64,000 nucleotides of DNA from Parcubacteria group bacterium GW2011_GWA2_47_26 (GCA_001001705.1 LCOG01000001.1:22449-86448); one strand, 5' to 3'; numbered from the stretch's first letter, positions 48,006 to 58,487 are shown. The notes: generated by a model not told the origin, from the letters alone. Made by a program: numbers and translations.

Positions 48006-49183
48006 TATACCGGAGAAGGTGATGTCCGCAAAATATCGTGGAACCGCTTTGGTATCAGTCCCTCAAGCTTAACCTCCGCCAGAACGGCAACGATTCGCTC
48101 ACTCGACTTACCATCGCCATAGGAATTAACAAGATTCTGAAGTGAGGACTGAAAAGACTGGGAAATCGCCTTCTCAATGCCCGCCTTAATCCTTTCTGCG
48201 GAATATCCCACATCAATCACATTAGCGCTGCGCACACGGCCCTCTTCTCGTGTCCCGATATTCACAACCGGCAGTTTAAGTGAAGCTGCTTCAACAATAC
48301 CGCTGGAAGAATTTCCAACCATTGCAGCTGCGTGTCCCATCATGCTAATATACCCTTTATGGCCAAAATTCTTTACGATATATGCGTTGCGATGGTTGCG
48401 GGCGTACGACTCAATTTTTTCAATAATGATCGCGCTCCCCGCATCTTCATTTGGGTAAGTAAACACGACATGATATTCTGAGAAATGCGCAAGCGCATTA
48501 AGTAGATTTATAATATATTTTTTAGTATATTCGTACTCCATGGTTACCGGATGAAAAGTCACCAGTAAGGTTGGCTTTGAAAGATTAACGCCGTAGGCTG
48601 TTGCAAGTTCACTTTTTGAAAAACGCGGCATATTCATTATGTCATCAAGTCCGGGAGCGCCCGAAACCGTAACACGCCACGGTTCTTCTCCCATTTGTTT
48701 AATACGATTCGCATATATCTCGCTGCTGGCAAAATGTAAATGGCTGAATTTAGTCAAGGAATGTCGAAAATAATCATCCAATGCGCCATAAGTGAGCTCC
48801 CCGCCATGAATATGGGCTATGGGAATTCGATAGGGAATCGCTGCTACGGCGGCGGCATGCATCTCATATCGATCTCCAAGCACAACGAGGATGTCCGGGG
48901 CATGGTTACGAAATACCTGCGCAAAATTTTGCGTCCCTACTCCCATGGAACGCGCGATATCAAAAGGCGTATCGCCTTTTGATATCATAGGAATTTTCGC
49001 CGCAATCGGAAAACCATCTTCCTCTATCGCCTTGATTGTATTCCCAAATTTCTCCACCAGATGAGCGCCACTGACATACAGCAAAAGTTCAAGATTGTTA
49101 TGGGCTACTATCTTACGCAGGATCGGGAGATAAACGCCATAATCTGAACGCGCCACTGTCACAATACCAATTTTTCGTTTCAT
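48005..49183 (-). CDS. neuC: Hydrolysing UDP/GDP-HexNAc 2-epimerase (NeuC/LegG family)
   Basis: IGIVTVARSDYGVYLPILRKI, VVLGDRYEMHAAAVAA, IAHIHGGE, GNSSSGIVEAASLKLPVVNIG. Confidence 0.9.
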   Translation of the reverse strand: MKRKIGIVTVARSDYGVYLPILRKIVAHNNLELLLYVSGAHLVEKFGNTIKAIEEDGFPIAAKIPMISKGDTPFDIARSMGVGTQNFAQVFRNHAPDILVVLGDRYEMHAAAVAAIPYRIPIAHIHGGELTYGALDDYFRHSLTKFSHLHFASSEIYANRIKQMGEEPWRVTVSGAPGLDDIMNMPRFSKSELATAYGVNLSKPTLLVTFHPVTMEYEYTKKYIINLLNALAHFSEYHVVFTYPNEDAGSAIIIEKIESYARNHRNAYIVKNFGHKGYISMMGHAAAMVGNSSSGIVEAASLKLPVVNIGTREEGRVRSANVIDVGYSAERIKAGIEKAISQSFQSSLQNLVNSYGDGKSSERIVAVLAEVKLEGLIPKRFHDILRTSPSPV

Positions 49184-50181
49184 AGTGTTATCATTTCATC
49201 CTTAGTAAAATTTCGTGTGGCAATTTTACCAATTACCTTATCCCATGCCATCGGGCTTAATCCTGTCCCCGGTCGTTTTGTTGTAACATTCTCTTGAGTA
49301 AAAACTTCTCCCGCCTGTATATCGCGCTCAGCGATAATACTCTTGCGCGCGATAGCCATAATCTCACGTTCCACCACCGTAGGTCTTTTTACTCCATCGC
49401 CCAGCGCTTTTTCAATATTACGGATAGCGGCCACCATCGCTTTTAGTTCATGCGGTTCAAGTGATGCCTTATGGTCTGGGCCTGACATAGATCTATCCAA
49501 TGTAAAGTGTTTCTCAATCACCCTTGCCCCCAATGCAACCGCCGCGACGGGCACCTCTATCCCAAGCGTATGATCGGAATACCCAACCTGAACGCCTAAT
49601 ACATCTCTCATCGTGCACATAGCGCGTAAATTTACATCTTCCATGGCCGTAGGATAATCGGTATGACAATGAAGAATAACAATGTCATCTTTTGGTGTTC
49701 CTGATTCTATTAAAATATTTAAAGCGGCCCTTACTTCATCCATTTCCGCCATCCCAGTTGACATGATCAATCGCTTTTTAAGCGCACCAAGTTTACGAAG
49801 GTAGGGAAGATTAGTAATTTCCCCGGATGGAATTTTAATGGTTTCTAAACCAAATTTACACAACAAGTCAATGCTCTCCAAGTCAAATGGCGCAGACATG
49901 AAAATAATATTCCGTTCTTTGCAATGAGCAATGAGCTCTTGATGGAACTCTATAGATAACTCTAACTTTTTTAGCATCTCGGCTTGCGATTCATTCGATC
50001 CTGTATTCGCAACCTGGTAATTCGCTTTTATCGCATTAGCAGTTACAACTTTATCGGTCTTGAATGTCTGAAATTTTACCACGTCAGCCCCTGAAGCCGT
50101 CGCGACATCAATAAGTTTTTTAGCAATGATAATATCGCCGTTATGATTTGGCCCTGCTTCTGCAATAATTAAAGTATGCAT
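49180..50181 (-). CDS. neuB: Nonulosonic acid synthase (NeuB/LegI family)
   Basis: IIAEAGPNHNGD, ADVVKFQTF, IKIPSGEITN, YSDHTLG, and a C-terminal SAF-like domain IQAGEVFTQENVTTKRPGTG. Confidence 0.9.
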   Translation of the reverse strand: MHTLIIAEAGPNHNGDIIIAKKLIDVATASGADVVKFQTFKTDKVVTANAIKANYQVANTGSNESQAEMLKKLELSIEFHQELIAHCKERNIIFMSAPFDLESIDLLCKFGLETIKIPSGEITNLPYLRKLGALKKRLIMSTGMAEMDEVRAALNILIESGTPKDDIVILHCHTDYPTAMEDVNLRAMCTMRDVLGVQVGYSDHTLGIEVPVAAVALGARVIEKHFTLDRSMSGPDHKASLEPHELKAMVAAIRNIEKALGDGVKRPTVVEREIMAIARKSIIAERDIQAGEVFTQENVTTKRPGTGLSPMAWDKVIGKIATRNFTKDEMITL

Positions 50182-50194
50182 AAAATATTCTCCT

Positions 50195-51235
50195 TCAAAA
50201 CCAAGATTGTATGTTGCCTTTTGGAAAAGGTTCTTTTAATTCTTGCGCGTTTACTCCGTCAATAAATACATCCTCCTTATAACTAATAGCTAAGCCCTTT
50301 CTTATAGCCGGCGCAGTGATCGTCTCCCCAAGATAGTAATTACGGAGCACCATCTCCGGTTCATTAAAGCCAAAGTGAGCACGGACCGATGTTGTTCCAG
50401 AAAAACGCGCATTAAATTCAAATGGCACTGGGCCATCCTTACCGATCATCAACTGAACATTGAGCGACCCCAAACTCGACAACATTGCTCCAATTTGCCG
50501 CATAAGCACATGGAGTTCAGGAAGCTCCACTACCTCAACAATCCATGAACTTCCGGAACGCAATACTCGCCGCGCAGTAAAAGGACCAAAAAGCTTACCA
50601 TCCTTACACCGAAATATACTGCAAGTATATTCACTGCCAAGCTCCGCCTTAGGCATAGCAATACATTTTTGCAAAAGAGGATTTGATACAGTGGGAAACA
50701 ATCGCGCTAACTCTCCTTCATTATGAAGGATGTGCAATCCACGTGAAGATGTTCCTGATCTGGGTTTTAGTATTACTGGATACCCCCACTCATTTGCTTT
50801 TACAATCGCATCTTCCGCGCTCTTAGGAAGATATGATGGGGCGCAGGGCAATCCATGTTCGCGTAAAAATTCTGCCGTAAGCCATTTATCATCAGCGATA
50901 CGTACCGTTTCAAGCGGTGAAACCACAACCAGCGCGCCCGTTTCCTTTTCAATCTCTTGTTTATATTCGGCAAAAAACATCAAATCAAATTCAGAACCAA
51001 CCATTACTACCTGAATATGTTTCTCTTTTAGCGCATTCATAATCTTCTCCAAAGATCCATCTTCTTCCACTTTTGGGACAATCACCGCCTCATCCGCGCG
51101 ATATAATCCCGCATTCAAGGGGTGGATATCGGCGGCAACGATGATAACTGGCAACGAAGAAATCCGCAAAGATTTCATAATCCCTTGTCCCACAATGCTT
51201 CCTGCTCCCGTAACGAGGACTCTTATCTTTTCCAT
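50195..51235 (-). CDS. ATP-grasp ligase
   Basis: IRVLVTGAGSIVGQGIMKSL, YPVILKPRSGTSSRGL, FEFNARFSGT. Confidence 0.75.
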   Translation of the reverse strand: MEKIRVLVTGAGSIVGQGIMKSLRISSLPVIIVAADIHPLNAGLYRADEAVIVPKVEEDGSLEKIMNALKEKHIQVVMVGSEFDLMFFAEYKQEIEKETGALVVVSPLETVRIADDKWLTAEFLREHGLPCAPSYLPKSAEDAIVKANEWGYPVILKPRSGTSSRGLHILHNEGELARLFPTVSNPLLQKCIAMPKAELGSEYTCSIFRCKDGKLFGPFTARRVLRSGSSWIVEVVELPELHVLMRQIGAMLSSLGSLNVQLMIGKDGPVPFEFNARFSGTTSVRAHFGFNEPEMVLRNYYLGETITAPAIRKGLAISYKEDVFIDGVNAQELKEPFPKGNIQSWF

Positions 51236-51948
51236 ATAGCTTTTTTACCTTCTAAGATTCTTACAACATTGCCCACTTCTTCAAAGTTGTGCGCATCAGA
51301 CCCAAGAGAAATCCTTGCCCCCATCTCGCGGCACCATTTTATAAATTTCCACGGATCTGGATGATAGTATGCATTAATCTCAAAGGCAACGCCGGTTTTT
51401 GCCGCCTTTTTAATCAGCTCCCTAATACTTGCTTCTGAAGGAATTACATCATAACGCTTATAACACATGCCAAATGGATGGGCAAGCACTTGCACGCAAG
51501 GGTTATCTAATGCCGCCATTGCTAACCGAAGCTCAATTTCTTCAGCTTCCTTTTTTGAAACCTCTTCAAAGGAACGCACCCCTCCCTTTCCGTCTGGAAA
51601 TCGATGAACGCTTGCAAGAACAAGCTCGCATTGAGAAAAAACGCTTTTTACACAATCTAGGGTCCCGTCAAAATCCTTTATTCTCGTTTCTACTCCAACC
51701 AACGCTCGGCATTTTTCTTTAGGCAGCGCGTGAACTTCTTCGGCAAATTTATAAAACCAGCTTTCGCTCACTGCGCGCGCATGTTCGCTAAAAAGTACTT
51801 GGGTAAGTCCTCGCGCAATCGCTGCCTCATGTATCGTATTCACACTGTGCGCGCCATCTGTCCACTTTGTATGCATGTGATAATCTGTTCGCGGCACATT
51901 GTGCTTAGTAAAATCCTCTTGGAGTTTGGACAAAGAATCAAGGTTCAT
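51223..51948 (-). CDS. PHP-family phosphoesterase (histidinol-phosphatase-like)
   Basis: DYHMHTKWTDGAHS, FSEHA, ASVHRF, LAHPF, LGSDAH. Confidence 0.75.
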   Translation of the reverse strand: MNLDSLSKLQEDFTKHNVPRTDYHMHTKWTDGAHSVNTIHEAAIARGLTQVLFSEHARAVSESWFYKFAEEVHALPKEKCRALVGVETRIKDFDGTLDCVKSVFSQCELVLASVHRFPDGKGGVRSFEEVSKKEAEEIELRLAMAALDNPCVQVLAHPFGMCYKRYDVIPSEASIRELIKKAAKTGVAFEINAYYHPDPWKFIKWCREMGARISLGSDAHNFEEVGNVVRILEGKKAIWKR

Positions 51949-53063
51949 ACCGGCAGATTTAGTATATTTTTGATCTTCCCTTTGAATCCTCTTTCAACAT
52001 ATTCATTCCTTATAGTATTGTAAAACGCTACCGGAATAATCAAAACAGTATTGTAATGAGACAAATCGATCTCGACTAAAGGACGCACAATCTGCCCGCA
52101 ATATGTCTTCCCATGTTTGGTTTCATCGTTGTCAACGAGGGTAAAATCAAACGGTTTATGCATCCATGCCAACATATTATTCAAAGAATTGTTAGCTCCG
52201 TGGACAAGAATATTTCCTTGCTCCAATAGTCGGTCCACCTTCTGCAATACACGCTTGAGTTTGGCCTCATAATCGTCATATACAATAAAAGGGGCCGGTT
52301 TCATAGCATTACTACCATTCACTCGCGCTCTTACGTCCAAACTGTCATTCGTAGTTGAGCACTCTAACACCTCAAACCCGTTGTTCTGCAGCAAGTAAAA
52401 AGCTGAATGCTGGGTATAGTAATGAACATGCTCATGCAGGAACAATCCCGGATCACCATCCTCTAAGCGGGGCTGGGCGTTAGGAACAGTAAAAAATATT
52501 TCACCTTCCTCTTTTAAATTATTTCTGCAAAAACGAATAATACTGTTAATGTCTTCTGTGTGCTCAAAAACCGAATTCGAAAAAATAAGATCGTGTTTTT
52601 GTGGAAGCTTTAATTTTTCATCTGCAAATTCTTTCAAAAACAAAATGCCGTCTCTTTCTTCGGTTTTGCTGATTGAGGGTTCGATCCCCACTAATTTCTT
52701 TAGACCTTTGTCTTTCAAACACCGTAATAGGTATCCATCGGCACATCCAATTTCAACCACTGATGCATAATTTTTTACATCTATTTTGTCAAGAAAGATT
52801 TGGGCTCTTTTTAGCCCCCAATTTCCGACGCCGGTAGGAGTTGAGGCCTGCGCATGATTTGATAAATATATTTCGTTCAAAATCCTTCTTAGATTCTCAT
52901 CGACGGACTGGTACACGTGCCCGCAAACTTGGCACTGATGAAGAATACATGCGTATGCTCTTCTCTCCTTCTTTTCTTCATCGCTTGCCCCGGTCCAAAT
53001 ACAACCATCTTTCTTGTTCAGTACTTCTATATATTTTTTACTACCACATAAATAACAGCTCAT
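51945..53063 (-). CDS. Zn-ribbon SAM-dependent methyltransferase (C-methyltransferase-like architecture)
   Basis: CYLCGS...CQVCGH, VVEIGCADGYLLRCL, DLIFSNSVFEH. Confidence 0.75.
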   Translation of the reverse strand: MSCYLCGSKKYIEVLNKKDGCIWTGASDEEKKERRAYACILHQCQVCGHVYQSVDENLRRILNEIYLSNHAQASTPTGVGNWGLKRAQIFLDKIDVKNYASVVEIGCADGYLLRCLKDKGLKKLVGIEPSISKTEERDGILFLKEFADEKLKLPQKHDLIFSNSVFEHTEDINSIIRFCRNNLKEEGEIFFTVPNAQPRLEDGDPGLFLHEHVHYYTQHSAFYLLQNNGFEVLECSTTNDSLDVRARVNGSNAMKPAPFIVYDDYEAKLKRVLQKVDRLLEQGNILVHGANNSLNNMLAWMHKPFDFTLVDNDETKHGKTYCGQIVRPLVEIDLSHYNTVLIIPVAFYNTIRNEYVERGFKGKIKNILNLPV

Positions 53064-53073
53064 AATAAGTTCC

Positions 53074-54180
53074 TCATTCAGTGAGCGCTCTTATCGTCAT
53101 ACAAACGTACTGTATATCATCTTCGGAATTCAATGTAGAGCTGGGTAAACATAGTCCCCTTTCGTAAATAGAATAAGAATTCCGGCACTCTGTGCGCTTA
53201 TATTTTTTGTAGGGCGGAAATTCAACAAGAGGTATAAAAATTCTTCTTGTTGGAATTCCTTTTGCTTTCAGCGTACTTTGGAGGGTTGGTATATTTATTT
53301 TCCTGTTAAAAATTATACACGATAACCAATAGGCGCTGTGTGCATTCTCATATTCTTCTTGAAAATGAATAGACGTGATATTTCTAAGTTTTTTGCGATA
53401 TATGCTGTTGTATAGCCTTTTTTTATCTAAAAATTTGTTCAACTTCTCCATTTGCGCGAGCCCCAAAGCCGCTTCAATATTCGTCATCCTATAGTTAAAC
53501 CCCATCTCGGAATGGTAACACCCCCTCGATTTAGATTCATCTTTTGCTTGATTTATTAAAAATTTTATATGTTGTAATCTTTTCGTGTTACGTCCTACTA
53601 TTGCTCCTCCGCCGCCAGTAGTGATAATTTTATTTCCATTAAAACTAAAACACCCAAAATCGCCAAAAGTACCAGTATGTTGACTTTTATACCTTGCTCC
53701 TAAGCTTTCCGTAGCGTCTTCTATAACTTTAAGATCGTATTTTTTTGCGATAGCCATAATTTCTACCATATTACAAGGATTGCCATAAAGGTGCACTGGT
53801 ATTATAGCTTTTGTTTTGTTGGTTATGACTTGCGCTATCTTTTTGGTATCAATATTCCAAGTCGCTAAATCTACATCCACAAATACAGGTTTGGCTCCGG
53901 CATAAATAATCGGATTCACTGTGGCTACAAATGTCAAGGCAGGAACAATCACTTCATCTCCTTTTCCTATACCTAACTCATATAAAGACATGTAAAGTGC
54001 TGCTGTTCCGCTTTGTATTGCAACAGCCCTTTTAACACCTAAATATGCAGAAAATTTATTTTCAAATTCTGTTATAAAAGGACCAACAGATGAGACATAG
54101 TTACTATCTATCGCCCTATTCAGATATTTTTTCTCCAATACTCCGACATTCGGAGCGTCTAGTTGTATTTTTTTAGACAT
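53074..54180 (-). CDS. DegT-family sugar aminotransferase (LegC/PglE-like)
   Basis: AIQSGTAALYMSL and FSFNGNKIITTGGGGAI, with the PLP Lys present. Confidence 0.9.
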   Translation of the reverse strand: MSKKIQLDAPNVGVLEKKYLNRAIDSNYVSSVGPFITEFENKFSAYLGVKRAVAIQSGTAALYMSLYELGIGKGDEVIVPALTFVATVNPIIYAGAKPVFVDVDLATWNIDTKKIAQVITNKTKAIIPVHLYGNPCNMVEIMAIAKKYDLKVIEDATESLGARYKSQHTGTFGDFGCFSFNGNKIITTGGGGAIVGRNTKRLQHIKFLINQAKDESKSRGCYHSEMGFNYRMTNIEAALGLAQMEKLNKFLDKKRLYNSIYRKKLRNITSIHFQEEYENAHSAYWLSCIIFNRKINIPTLQSTLKAKGIPTRRIFIPLVEFPPYKKYKRTECRNSYSIYERGLCLPSSTLNSEDDIQYVCMTIRALTE

Positions 54181-55171
54181 TATAAATATTTGATTTATAA
54201 AATTTTAAATTGTCCTTATGCTTAAACCACTCTATGGTTTCCTCAATACCCTCATCAAAAGAATATTCTTGTTTCCAATCAGTTAATCCAATAATTTTTT
54301 TATTACTCCCCAAAAGCCGCATTACTTCTGATTTTTCTGGCCTGACTCTTTGTTGATCTAATAATACCTTCGCCGTTGGGTTTATTTTTTTGATAATTCT
54401 ATTTGCCAGCTCTTCCATTCTAATCTCCTGACCGCTTGCTATATTTATTTCTTCTCCCACAGTCTTATCTGAGTTAGCTATAGCCATAAAACCGCCACAC
54501 ACATCTTTTACGTAATTGAAATCCCTCGTTGGCTCTAATGACCCCAGCTTTATCTCTTCTTGACCATTTAACAATTGAGTTATAATTGTTGGTATTACTG
54601 CTCTTGCTGATTGCCTTGGGCCATAGGTGTTAAAAGGTCGCGCGATAATCACTGGCGTGCCAAAGGAGCGATAAAATGACTCCGCGATACGATCCGCGCC
54701 TATTTTAGAGGCAGAATATGGCGATTGACCTTGAAAAGGATGTTTTTCATCTATGGGTATATACTGCGCGGTGCCGTATACTTCCGAAGTAGAAGCAACG
54801 ATGACCCGTTGCGCTCCGTACTCCCGAACCGCTTGCAAAACATTAAGCATACCTTTAATGTTCGTGTCCACATATGTATCCGGACTACGGTAGGAAAAAG
54901 GAATCGCAATCAGTGCGGCAAGATGAAACACTACATCTATATCTTTGACAGCGCTCCGCACCCCATATGAATCCCGTACATCGCCCGCAATCACTTCAAC
55001 CTGTTGGAGGACTTCCTTTGGAAGCGTATCAAGCCAGCCCCAGGAGTTGAACGAATTATAAAATACAAAAGCTCGTACCCGGCAATTATTTTTCAATAAT
55101 CGCTCTACAAGATGGCTACCTATAAAACCATCCGCGCCTGTAACAAGAACTTTTTTTGCCTGTAGATCCAT
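54173..55171 (-). CDS. NAD-dependent nucleotide-sugar 4,6-dehydratase (LegB-like SDR)
   Basis: [36 protein letters not shown]. Confidence 0.85.
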   Translation of the reverse strand: MDLQAKKVLVTGADGFIGSHLVERLLKNNCRVRAFVFYNSFNSWGWLDTLPKEVLQQVEVIAGDVRDSYGVRSAVKDIDVVFHLAALIAIPFSYRSPDTYVDTNIKGMLNVLQAVREYGAQRVIVASTSEVYGTAQYIPIDEKHPFQGQSPYSASKIGADRIAESFYRSFGTPVIIARPFNTYGPRQSARAVIPTIITQLLNGQEEIKLGSLEPTRDFNYVKDVCGGFMAIANSDKTVGEEINIASGQEIRMEELANRIIKKINPTAKVLLDQQRVRPEKSEVMRLLGSNKKIIGLTDWKQEYSFDEGIEETIEWFKHKDNLKFYKSNIYNV

Positions 55172-55178
55172 AGCGGTC

Positions 55179-55871
55179 TCATTCTTTATGGGCGCAAATA
55201 ATGAATTCCTGAATCTCGCTGTGAAGATACTTATGCGCGCTATATCCTACATCATCGATATTAAAGTAAGGCCTAATTAATTCAGCAAAGGTTCGCGCAT
55301 CAGGCGGGCAGTATGAGCGGTGTGCTACTGTATCCCCCGGCTCGCGGGTTTCATATACATTGTCTCCGATCGACTTGGCGTATCGAGCAAAATCACTCTG
55401 GGGGCCGTTAATATCAACAATAATTTTAGCACCGGGTTTCATTACACGTAAAAATTCTTTCAACAAATACTCGGCTCGTTCTTTCGAGCCCAGAAGAGAT
55501 AATACACTCAAACAATTCACATAATCAAATTGTGCATCTGGGTAAGGAAGTACAGTGGCCCCGACAGGAAGATGGGTTAATGTGACATGTGATTGTAATT
55601 CTGGTCGCCTCTGCAATTTTCGCTCCACCAGTTGTTTTGCACCTAGCGATGCATCGATAGCCTTAATGGTATAGCCGCATTCGAGTAAATGAATCAGATT
55701 TTCTCCGCATCCAAATGCATATTCCAAAAGTAACCCCGGCTGGCTTTTAAAAAACCATTTTTCGAGTCGGACAAGATCAAGATTGGGATATTTTTTATCC
55801 GAACCGGCAGCATAATTCGCATCCCATTTTTTTACTGTATCCGGATCAACGAGTATCATAGACTCCTTCAT
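55179..55871 (-). CDS. Class I SAM-dependent methyltransferase
   Basis: ATG 55871; the track start 55877 is TTG. LLEYAFGCGENLIHLL and FDYVNCLSVLSLL. Confidence 0.75.
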   Translation of the reverse strand: MKESMILVDPDTVKKWDANYAAGSDKKYPNLDLVRLEKWFFKSQPGLLLEYAFGCGENLIHLLECGYTIKAIDASLGAKQLVERKLQRRPELQSHVTLTHLPVGATVLPYPDAQFDYVNCLSVLSLLGSKERAEYLLKEFLRVMKPGAKIIVDINGPQSDFARYAKSIGDNVYETREPGDTVAHRSYCPPDARTFAELIRPYFNIDDVGYSAHKYLHSEIQEFIICAHKE

Positions 55872-55884
55872 AATCAATATAACA

Positions 55885-56865
55885 TTAATACCCTAATTTC
55901 TTATTAACTACATTGATGAGCGGAAATCCTTTGACAAACCGTTCGATGTTCTGGCGAATGAGCTCCGCGGAACGTTCTCGATTATTATCTGACGGTCCGG
56001 CAATATGAGGAGTAATGACGACATTCTCCATATTAAGGAGAGGATGATCAACTGGCAACGGTTCGGGATCAGTTACATCCAACCCGGCGGATTTAATCCG
56101 CCCTTGCTTGAGCGCTTCTGTCAAAGCTTCCGTATCCACAATCGCTCCTCGACACACATTCACAAAATACGCCGATGGTTTCATTAAGGCAAACTCTTTT
56201 GCGCCAAACATTTTTTTAGTACGACTCGTTACCGGAACGGAAAGGATCACTACATCAGCCAAAGAAAGTACTTCGGATAAACATTCCGGTACATACCATC
56301 TATCAATCGATCGAATCATTGGTATACATTCCTGATCCACTCCATATACCGTCATACCAAACGCGTGTAATCGCTCGGCGATCAACATTCCAATCCCTCC
56401 CGCCCCCACCACAATCGCAAGCTTATTTCGCAGTTCAACCGGTCGCGGCATCATCTTATCCGATGGACGCGCTATTGTAGTACCTATCGTTCCCCGTAAT
56501 ACGAAATGGATATTCCGAGTGAGTGTAAGAAGTAACGCCAGGGCATGGTCGGCTACCTCGGGACCTTGAATCACCCGTCCATTAGTGAGAACTACATCAC
56601 TTTCGATAAGCTCTGGAATAAGAAACTCCTCACATCCGGCTCCAGGGACATGAATCCAGCGCAGGCTATTTCCGGCAAGTTCCAATAATTCTTTTGAGAA
56701 GAATGGGCGTGGACACCCAATAAGTGCCTGCGTATGAGGCATGGCATTACGCATAGCCTCAAGGGTATCATCAACAATAATACACTCAACTTCGGGTAGG
56801 GCCTGAGTTATTTCTTCAATTTTCTCTCTGGGTAGTCCAGTAGATGCAGTAAGAAGTATGCGCAT
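55885..56865 (-). CDS. D-isomer-specific 2-hydroxyacid dehydrogenase (glycerate/phosphoglycerate dehydrogenase-like)
   Basis: VVGAGGIGMLIAERLHAFGMTVYGVD, FVNVCRGAIVD, DVTDPEPLP, ITPHIAG. Confidence 0.85.
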   Translation of the reverse strand: MRILLTASTGLPREKIEEITQALPEVECIIVDDTLEAMRNAMPHTQALIGCPRPFFSKELLELAGNSLRWIHVPGAGCEEFLIPELIESDVVLTNGRVIQGPEVADHALALLLTLTRNIHFVLRGTIGTTIARPSDKMMPRPVELRNKLAIVVGAGGIGMLIAERLHAFGMTVYGVDQECIPMIRSIDRWYVPECLSEVLSLADVVILSVPVTSRTKKMFGAKEFALMKPSAYFVNVCRGAIVDTEALTEALKQGRIKSAGLDVTDPEPLPVDHPLLNMENVVITPHIAGPSDNNRERSAELIRQNIERFVKGFPLINVVNKKLGY

Positions 56866-56891
56866 ACGAATCGACAGCGGGTTTCATCATA

Positions 56892-58487
56892 TCATGGATA
56901 CATAAATTGTTCAACAAACTCCATATTAGGCATTGCTGGCGTAGCGGCGAGGGCCGAAAGTAGATCTTCCTCGCCAAAAATAAGGCGGTTGTGTTCATCA
57001 AAATTCATATACACTATCCGACAACGTTTTTCTAACCGCTCTCGAACATCAATATCCAAACGTGCCTGATCATCTCGCACTAAAAATCCAATCACTGGCT
57101 TATTGGTGCATAAAGCAATGGCAAAGGCGGTGGTTCTAATGTTACCAAATATACACGCACCCGAATCCGTGAGAGCTTGCTCAAAATCACCCGTAGCAAT
57201 TGTAGCGACCGTATCGAAAATTCCTTTTATCTCTCTCATCCGGTCAGGATGCGGCTTATATACCACCTGATATCCAACCTTACGGAGAACATCAATAAGC
57301 CGCAGTTCTAAATCAAGCTGCATTAACGAAAACCGAGCATTTCCAAGATTTTTTCTCCATGGATTATGACAATCGCCAACAACCAGTATTTTTTTAATGC
57401 GGGTTGGGAGCGATTCTTTAGAAAATTTTTGGCGCATCTTCAGATACATATCACTTCCACCGGAGATAATCTTGAGTGGACGCTCTGGAAACAGCCGGTG
57501 GCGGACATACATTCTTTCAAATAATTTAGCGCTGCCCCGGGTATATGCCACAAATTCGTCAGAAATAGCAAATTCGGAAAATGTATAGGTAGGGCTATCG
57601 AACATTGCCATAGCGCCTCCGTGTGTCAAGCTGGTTACTTTTCCACCGGCGTCTCGTACTGCAATTGCCATGGCGCTCAACAGTGGATCCCGAATATGTT
57701 GGGTTATCAAATGGAGTTGCTTCCTTGATTTAACATAACGACGTACCGAGGTTAGCAGTATCGCGGCATCTTCAAGGTGCGATTTGGTAAAGTAAAGAAG
57801 ATAGTGGAGATGCTTAGGCGTGAGGATAATTTGATGACGTGCGGCGACCGCTTGAACTTCTTCTATAATAGATTGGGAAAGTGTTGACAAAATATCTTTA
57901 AACTCTGATGATATATCGCGTCTGCGCATCCAATCTTCTTTGCAATAGGCAATCGACACTGCATAGGGAAGCGAGCGTATATAAGTCTTTATAAACTCAT
58001 TGGGGGCTCCGTACGTAATTCCCTTTTTTCGGCCGAAAAAAAGAGACAAGAATTTTTCTGGTCGCCAATTGTGTTGCAGATTTCGAAGCAACCTCCGCAG
58101 CTGAATCTTCATCATTTTCATTCTGCCCGTGGATGCGTATGTAGTATTGATCAATCGCTTGTCAAGCGTATCGCGAATGATGTCGCAATACCACAGTGAT
58201 TTTTCAGTATAAAGTGGGGCACTGTTTCTTCGAGAAATTTCAAGAATAACTTTCTGCGCATGTAAAAAATGATAATACTCAACTAAGAGTATACTGGCTT
58301 TAATAAGCAATGTATCACGATTTGTTTTTGATTCCATGGCAATACGCCTAGCCATGCACGCTTCAAGGTCGGCACACAATGCAAAAAAATCATTATCCGA
58401 AACCGGCCAAAAGAATTCCTTTTGCCAACGGGCAACTCCGTATTTCTTGACGGCATTGATATCAACAGGAAAAAAAATATCATTCAT
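56892..58487 (-). CDS. Hypothetical protein; the C-terminal half looks like a GT-B domain with an HP motif (candidate nonulosonic acid or capsule transferase)
   Basis: 531 aa. ILVVGDCHNPW, VVYKPHPDR, IRTTAFAIALCTNKPVIGF. The N-terminal ~330 aa are unrecognised. Confidence 0.4.
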   Translation of the reverse strand: MNDIFFPVDINAVKKYGVARWQKEFFWPVSDNDFFALCADLEACMARRIAMESKTNRDTLLIKASILLVEYYHFLHAQKVILEISRRNSAPLYTEKSLWYCDIIRDTLDKRLINTTYASTGRMKMMKIQLRRLLRNLQHNWRPEKFLSLFFGRKKGITYGAPNEFIKTYIRSLPYAVSIAYCKEDWMRRRDISSEFKDILSTLSQSIIEEVQAVAARHQIILTPKHLHYLLYFTKSHLEDAAILLTSVRRYVKSRKQLHLITQHIRDPLLSAMAIAVRDAGGKVTSLTHGGAMAMFDSPTYTFSEFAISDEFVAYTRGSAKLFERMYVRHRLFPERPLKIISGGSDMYLKMRQKFSKESLPTRIKKILVVGDCHNPWRKNLGNARFSLMQLDLELRLIDVLRKVGYQVVYKPHPDRMREIKGIFDTVATIATGDFEQALTDSGACIFGNIRTTAFAIALCTNKPVIGFLVRDDQARLDIDVRERLEKRCRIVYMNFDEHNRLIFGEEDLLSALAATPAMPNMEFVEQFMYP

